Part shown: piece by piece, positions 25,117 to 28,099 of the stretch | How positions within the stretch are numbered: position 1 is the stretch's first letter | How the letters are laid out: each line of letters starts with the position of its first letter | IMG/VR virus record: IMGVR_UViG_3300031963_000742 | Location: 1-28,099 of that record | Length of the DNA stretch: 28,099 nt | Direction: 5' to 3' (one strand) | DNA from: a virus | Lineage: Duplodnaviria > Caudoviricetes | Program-made: the position numbers and the translations under genes | Notes under the pieces: generated by a model | What the model was told of the DNA's origin: nothing | Databases searched by the model: none | The model's input: only the letters and a program-made list of their open reading frames with translations

Positions 25117-25272
25117 ATGATTATTTATAGAGAATTGCCGATTGATGAAAAGAATCGCCTAGTACAGGAGTTTGTAGAGACAACGGTTGATTTGCCGAAT
25201 CCGCACAATTATCCGAAAGTGGTGCAAACCATGTTTCGTTTTTTTCTTTATGGAAAGGGTATTGAGGTATGA
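25117..25272 (+). CDS. Hypothetical protein (51 aa)
   Basis: MIIYRELPIDEKNRLVQEFVETTVDLPNPHNYPKVVQTMFRFFLYGKGIEV*; SD AAGGAG at 25102-25107; ATGA-coupled to the next gene. Confidence 0.65.
   Translation: MIIYRELPIDEKNRLVQEFVETTVDLPNPHNYPKVVQTMFRFFLYGKGIEV
25122..25129 (-). promoter_or_regulatory. T4-type late promoter TATAAATA
   Basis: Minus strand reads TATAAATA-ATCAT-ATG. Confidence 0.65.
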
Positions 25273-25673
25273 GTGAATATACTGCTGAGGATGTCATTCG
25301 AAAAATTACTGAGAATAAGGCCAGATTAAAGACTTTGCTTGATGATTCTTATTTTGTTGATGAAGATGGTTATCCTACTGATCGAGCATTAGAGGCTATT
25401 GAAAAGTGGCATTGGGACGATATACCTGGCTGGTTTAAGTTTATCGAAGGACTATGGGCATATCATGACTTTGGCTGGAATGAAAAGAATGAACCACACG
25501 ATTGGGATAAGGATAAAATAGTTCATCGTTATTATATTTCGACCGCAGGTTGGTCGGGTAATGAATCGATTATACGAGCCATGCAAAGAAACGAGATGAT
25601 GTGGCATTTAAATTGGGTACAGTCTCGCCGTGGTGGTCATTATATCTTTGAGTTGAAGGAGATTAAAGAATGA
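25269..25673 (+). CDS. Phage hypothetical protein
   Basis: DEDGYPT, ISTAGWSGNESII, RRGGHYIF; SD GAGG. Confidence 0.75.
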   Translation: MSEYTAEDVIRKITENKARLKTLLDDSYFVDEDGYPTDRALEAIEKWHWDDIPGWFKFIEGLWAYHDFGWNEKNEPHDWDKDKIVHRYYISTAGWSGNESIIRAMQRNEMMWHLNWVQSRRGGHYIFELKEIKE

Positions 25674-25942
25674 GTTTACAGCATCGAAATACTGAGACAT
25701 TATATGACCGTATAGCTAATGAGGCGCACGATACGGCTTACCAGCAATATACCGAGAGGTTAAAAAGTGAGAAGGCCGATCAGGTCATTTTTGCGGATAT
25801 GTTTAATCGTATCTATGGTGAGATGATTGTCCGCGAGTGTTCGAAGGTGGCTCGAGAGCATACATTAAAGAGCTCAGGTATACAGAATCCGTATACAGGT
25901 GCGGTCATGGTGGAAAACGAGATAAACCGACATTTTAAATGA
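25670..25942 (+). CDS. Short paralogue family, copy 4
   Basis: YGEMIVREC...INRHFK; SD AAGGAG. Confidence 0.68.
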   Translation: MSLQHRNTETLYDRIANEAHDTAYQQYTERLKSEKADQVIFADMFNRIYGEMIVRECSKVAREHTLKSSGIQNPYTGAVMVENEINRHFK

Positions 25943-26076
25943 ATAAGTTATTACTGGTGTTATTACTTTCCGGCTGTGCCTCACCGTATCAATTGAGAGT
26001 AATATCGGTGTCTGACCGACCTGCCACGCATTGTATAGAAAAGAATCGTATTGTTTGCGAGTGGAGTACAAAATGA
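25939..26076 (+). CDS. Small lipoprotein (45 aa)
   Basis: MNKLLLVLLLSGC lipobox plus two further Cys; ATGA-coupled both sides. Not in the ORF track. Confidence 0.72.
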   Translation: MNKLLLVLLLSGCASPYQLRVISVSDRPATHCIEKNRIVCEWSTK

Positions 26077-26282
26077 ACGAGAGATTACGAGAGTTGGAAA
26101 AACAGTGCTGGAGTCATTATATTGATGGTGTATTGATAGATGGTCATTTACATTTTGATGTACAAAAGTTTGCCGAATTGGTTATACAGGAGTGTGCTTT
26201 AGTTGCTGCCTTGATGGAAACTATGGGAAGAAAAGATATAGGTTCCGCGATACTAGATCGATTTGAGATACCTTTAAAATGA
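26073..26282 (+). CDS. Short paralogue family, copy 5
   Basis: MNERLRELEKQ...QKFAELVIQEC...ILDRFEI; ATG 26073 after GGAG. Confidence 0.72.
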   Translation: MNERLRELEKQCWSHYIDGVLIDGHLHFDVQKFAELVIQECALVAALMETMGRKDIGSAILDRFEIPLK

Positions 26283-26446
26283 ATAATCCTGTTACTGAGA
26301 GAATCAAGGAGTATTTACTGTCTGGTGGGTTATTCGATCCTGAACGTATGGATCATGTAAAAGTCCGTGATTTACTGGTCGAGGCCGCCGCAGAGATAAA
26401 ACGGCTGGAAGAATATGAATGGATGTATAAGGAACTGAATAGATGA
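26279..26446 (+). CDS. Hypothetical protein (55 aa)
   Basis: MNNPVTERIKEYLLSGGLFDPERMDHVKVRDLL...ELNR*, ATGA-coupled both sides. Confidence 0.65.
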   Translation: MNNPVTERIKEYLLSGGLFDPERMDHVKVRDLLVEAAAEIKRLEEYEWMYKELNR

Positions 26447-26685
26447 ATGAAAAATTGAAAGAACTGAAGAACCGAGCCTTTGAGATGACCGAATGGGGGG
26501 AGTTGTACTATGATGTTATATTGGAGAGGTTTGGCGAGTTGATTATTGAGGAATGTATTGGACAAGGCGATACTTTAGCAAACCACTACATCAATACACA
26601 CTCCGAACAGGAACAGGTGATATTATTGGCTTCTATTGCCGATTATTCAAATGAGATTAAGAAACATTTCGGAGTTGAAGAATGA
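26443..26685 (+). CDS. Short paralogue family, copy 6
   Basis: MNEKLKELK...ERFGELIIEEC...IKKHFGVEE. Confidence 0.75.
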   Translation: MNEKLKELKNRAFEMTEWGELYYDVILERFGELIIEECIGQGDTLANHYINTHSEQEQVILLASIADYSNEIKKHFGVEE

Positions 26686-26927
26686 AACGATTATACAAGA
26701 GTACCAAAGTCGTATATGATGCTCATTTGAAGGAGTATCAGGTGTACTATAAGAACTGGTTTATCTGGAGGTATGATTCGTGTTATAAATTTGATGATCA
26801 AACAACGAAATATCCTGTGCATTATAGTTCTGAAGAAACTGCCAAAGAGCGTGCAATTTATCGTGCTAAGAGTATGTTGAATAGTGTAGAGGTTTGGAGA
26901 GGTACACAATACTGGAGAACTGAATGA
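26682..26927 (+). CDS. Hypothetical protein
   Basis: 81-aa Tyr/Trp-rich ORF, ATGA-coupled. Confidence 0.65.
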   Translation: MKRLYKSTKVVYDAHLKEYQVYYKNWFIWRYDSCYKFDDQTTKYPVHYSSEETAKERAIYRAKSMLNSVEVWRGTQYWRTE

Positions 26928-27133
26928 TGAATAAACGAATCGGAGAACTGGCCGAGCAGGCTGCACTATTAGGTCCCAGTAGTAGAATCGGTAATGCTCA
27001 TGAAGCCACAGAAAAGTTTGCCGAGTTAATCATAAAGGAATGTGCTGATTTGTTTAAACTGACCTTTACCGATGAGCAGTACCAGAGGCGTATAGATAAG
27101 ACCATCTATAAACATTTTGGATTGAAAGAATGA
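26924..27133 (+). CDS. Short paralogue family, copy 7
   Basis: MNKRIGELAEQA...EKFAELIIKEC...IYKHFGLKE. Confidence 0.75.
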   Translation: MMNKRIGELAEQAALLGPSSRIGNAHEATEKFAELIIKECADLFKLTFTDEQYQRRIDKTIYKHFGLKE

Positions 27134-27228
27134 CTGCGCTAGTTTGGACGACATTCTTTTTCGGTGTAGCCGTAGGTGTTATGATATCTATTGCTATAGT
27201 TCAGTATGTTACATGGCCTAAGAAATGA
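27130..27228 (+). CDS. Single-TM micro-protein (32 aa)
   Basis: MTALVWTTFFFGVAVGVMISIAIVQYVTWPKK*, ATGA-coupled both sides. Confidence 0.6.
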   Translation: MTALVWTTFFFGVAVGVMISIAIVQYVTWPKK

Positions 27229-27407
27229 AAATAATCAAAGTATCCCACAATTCAACCCAAGTAGCGATTACCGTAGACACCGGGAATGGGTATGAAATCC
27301 ACTTATATAATGAGAATGGGTATGTGGAAATGCATAGTCGAGCCGATACCCTTGAAACCGCACTAGAATATCACCAGCACCTATGCGAGAAATGTAGTAT
27401 CAAATAG
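27225..27407 (+). CDS. Hypothetical protein
   Basis: 60-aa ORF, ATGA-coupled. Confidence 0.6.
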   Translation: MKIIKVSHNSTQVAITVDTGNGYEIHLYNENGYVEMHSRADTLETALEYHQHLCEKCSIK

Positions 27408-27432
27408 ATAATTGTTGTCAAAAAGACAATGG

Positions 27433-27461
27433 TTGCCAAATCCACCGTTTTATGAGATAAT
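27433..27461 (+). promoter_or_regulatory. Sigma70-type early promoter
   Basis: TTGCCA-17 bp-GATAAT with extended TG; intergenic; SD GAGG downstream. Confidence 0.7.
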
Positions 27462-27488
27462 TACTCCATACTGAGAGAGGTTATCAAA

Positions 27489-27683
27489 ATGACTACACCA
27501 ATTTGTCCTTGTTGTTCTACCGCACTTGTTCCGCGAGTATTTGCCGGGTACTATGACCGATTTACTTGTTGGACTTGCGCCTGTACTGATTCTGACACTC
27601 TGATTCCCGGCTCGACTATTCTTGCTGGTGGGTATGGGTGGGGAACTGACGGCGACCTTGCAACCGCTGATGATTTAGGGTGA
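27489..27683 (+). CDS. Small zinc-ribbon-like protein
   Basis: CPCC...CWTCAC; SD GAGG. Confidence 0.6.
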   Translation: MTTPICPCCSTALVPRVFAGYYDRFTCWTCACTDSDTLIPGSTILAGGYGWGTDGDLATADDLG

Positions 27684-27687
27684 TAAA

Positions 27688-27846
27688 ATGAACAAAGTTT
27701 TTATTGTAGTAGAACCGATACCATATGAGGGTGATACTGTCCTCCGTGTATTTGCAAAGTATGATGATGCTATTGCCTATGGTGAAGCACTAGTTGCTGA
27801 GAATACTATAGAGGAATTCGATGTATATGAGCGTGAGGTCTACTAA
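27688..27846 (+). CDS. Hypothetical protein (52 aa)
   Basis: MNKVFIVVEPIPYEGDTVLRVFAKYDDAIAYGEAL...VYEREVY*. Not in the ORF track. Confidence 0.65.
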   Translation: MNKVFIVVEPIPYEGDTVLRVFAKYDDAIAYGEALVAENTIEEFDVYEREVY

Positions 27847-28099
27847 TGAAAAAGAAAATTATTGATATATCGAAGCGTCCAAAATGCTCCCATCCGGGGT
27901 GCAATAACCCTGGACAGCATACGGGAAATTACCGTAAAGACGGCACTCCACTTTTCCGTAAACAATGCACAAAACACCACGGAATGCGATACGGTATTAT
28001 GGGATGGGAATATAAACAATACCGTAAAGATTATTGTGAGAATAAAGACGGCCGATTAGGGTTTAAGTGTAATTATAAGATCCGTATAGAGGGTCAATT
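27846..28099 (+). CDS. Cys/His-rich protein, probable N-terminal part of an HNH endonuclease (3' truncated)
   Basis: TAATG-coupled open frame MKKKIIDISKRPKCSHPGC...CTKHH...YRKDYCENKDGRLGFKC...EGQ runs off the window; the HNH motif itself is not visible. Confidence 0.55.
   Translation, partial: MKKKIIDISKRPKCSHPGCNNPGQHTGNYRKDGTPLFRKQCTKHHGMRYGIMGWEYKQYRKDYCENKDGRLGFKCNYKIRIEGQ

Noticed and set aside
27862-28059. 65-aa ORF from the track
   Set aside because: It overlaps a better frame starting at 27846 that is TAATG-coupled, Cys/His-patterned and runs off the window
17370-28099. Stop-codon recoding as the cause of the many short ORFs
   Set aside because: The ORFs tile through ATGA/TAATG overlaps with their own SD sequences, and TAA, TGA and TAG all end plausible genes

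Overview
A 28-kb segment of an AT-rich T4-like (myovirus) phage genome using the standard genetic code. The host is probably an aquatic betaproteobacterium; this is inferred from the character of PstS, the OprO/P porin and IscA and was not checked by search. There are three blocks. (1) 1-5061 (+): thioredoxin end, nrdB, a pstS + phosphate-selective porin operon with Pho-box-like repeats and a terminator, iscA, a signal-peptide thermonuclease, a zinc ribbon and a GIY-YIG nuclease. (2) 5050-17267 (-): a late-promoter fibre/adhesin cluster with a 1657-aa heptad-repeat fibre, a mosaic three-LamG protein, three paralogous tail-collar/HxH proteins, a double 2OG-Fe(II) oxygenase, a 50-aa mini-anchor ORF and an orphan C-terminal gene remnant. 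(3) 17370-28099 (+): an accessory region of short, often ATGA-coupled ORFs under sigma70-like promoters, including a HEXXH peptidase, a methyltransferase, a CysC-like kinase fused to DUF2061, a HIGH nucleotidyltransferase, MazG, seven copies of a short paralogue family interleaved with passenger genes, and a truncated HNH-type gene. No tRNA, CRISPR array, integrase, transposase or reverse transcriptase was recognised. Family names come from motif recognition by eye.
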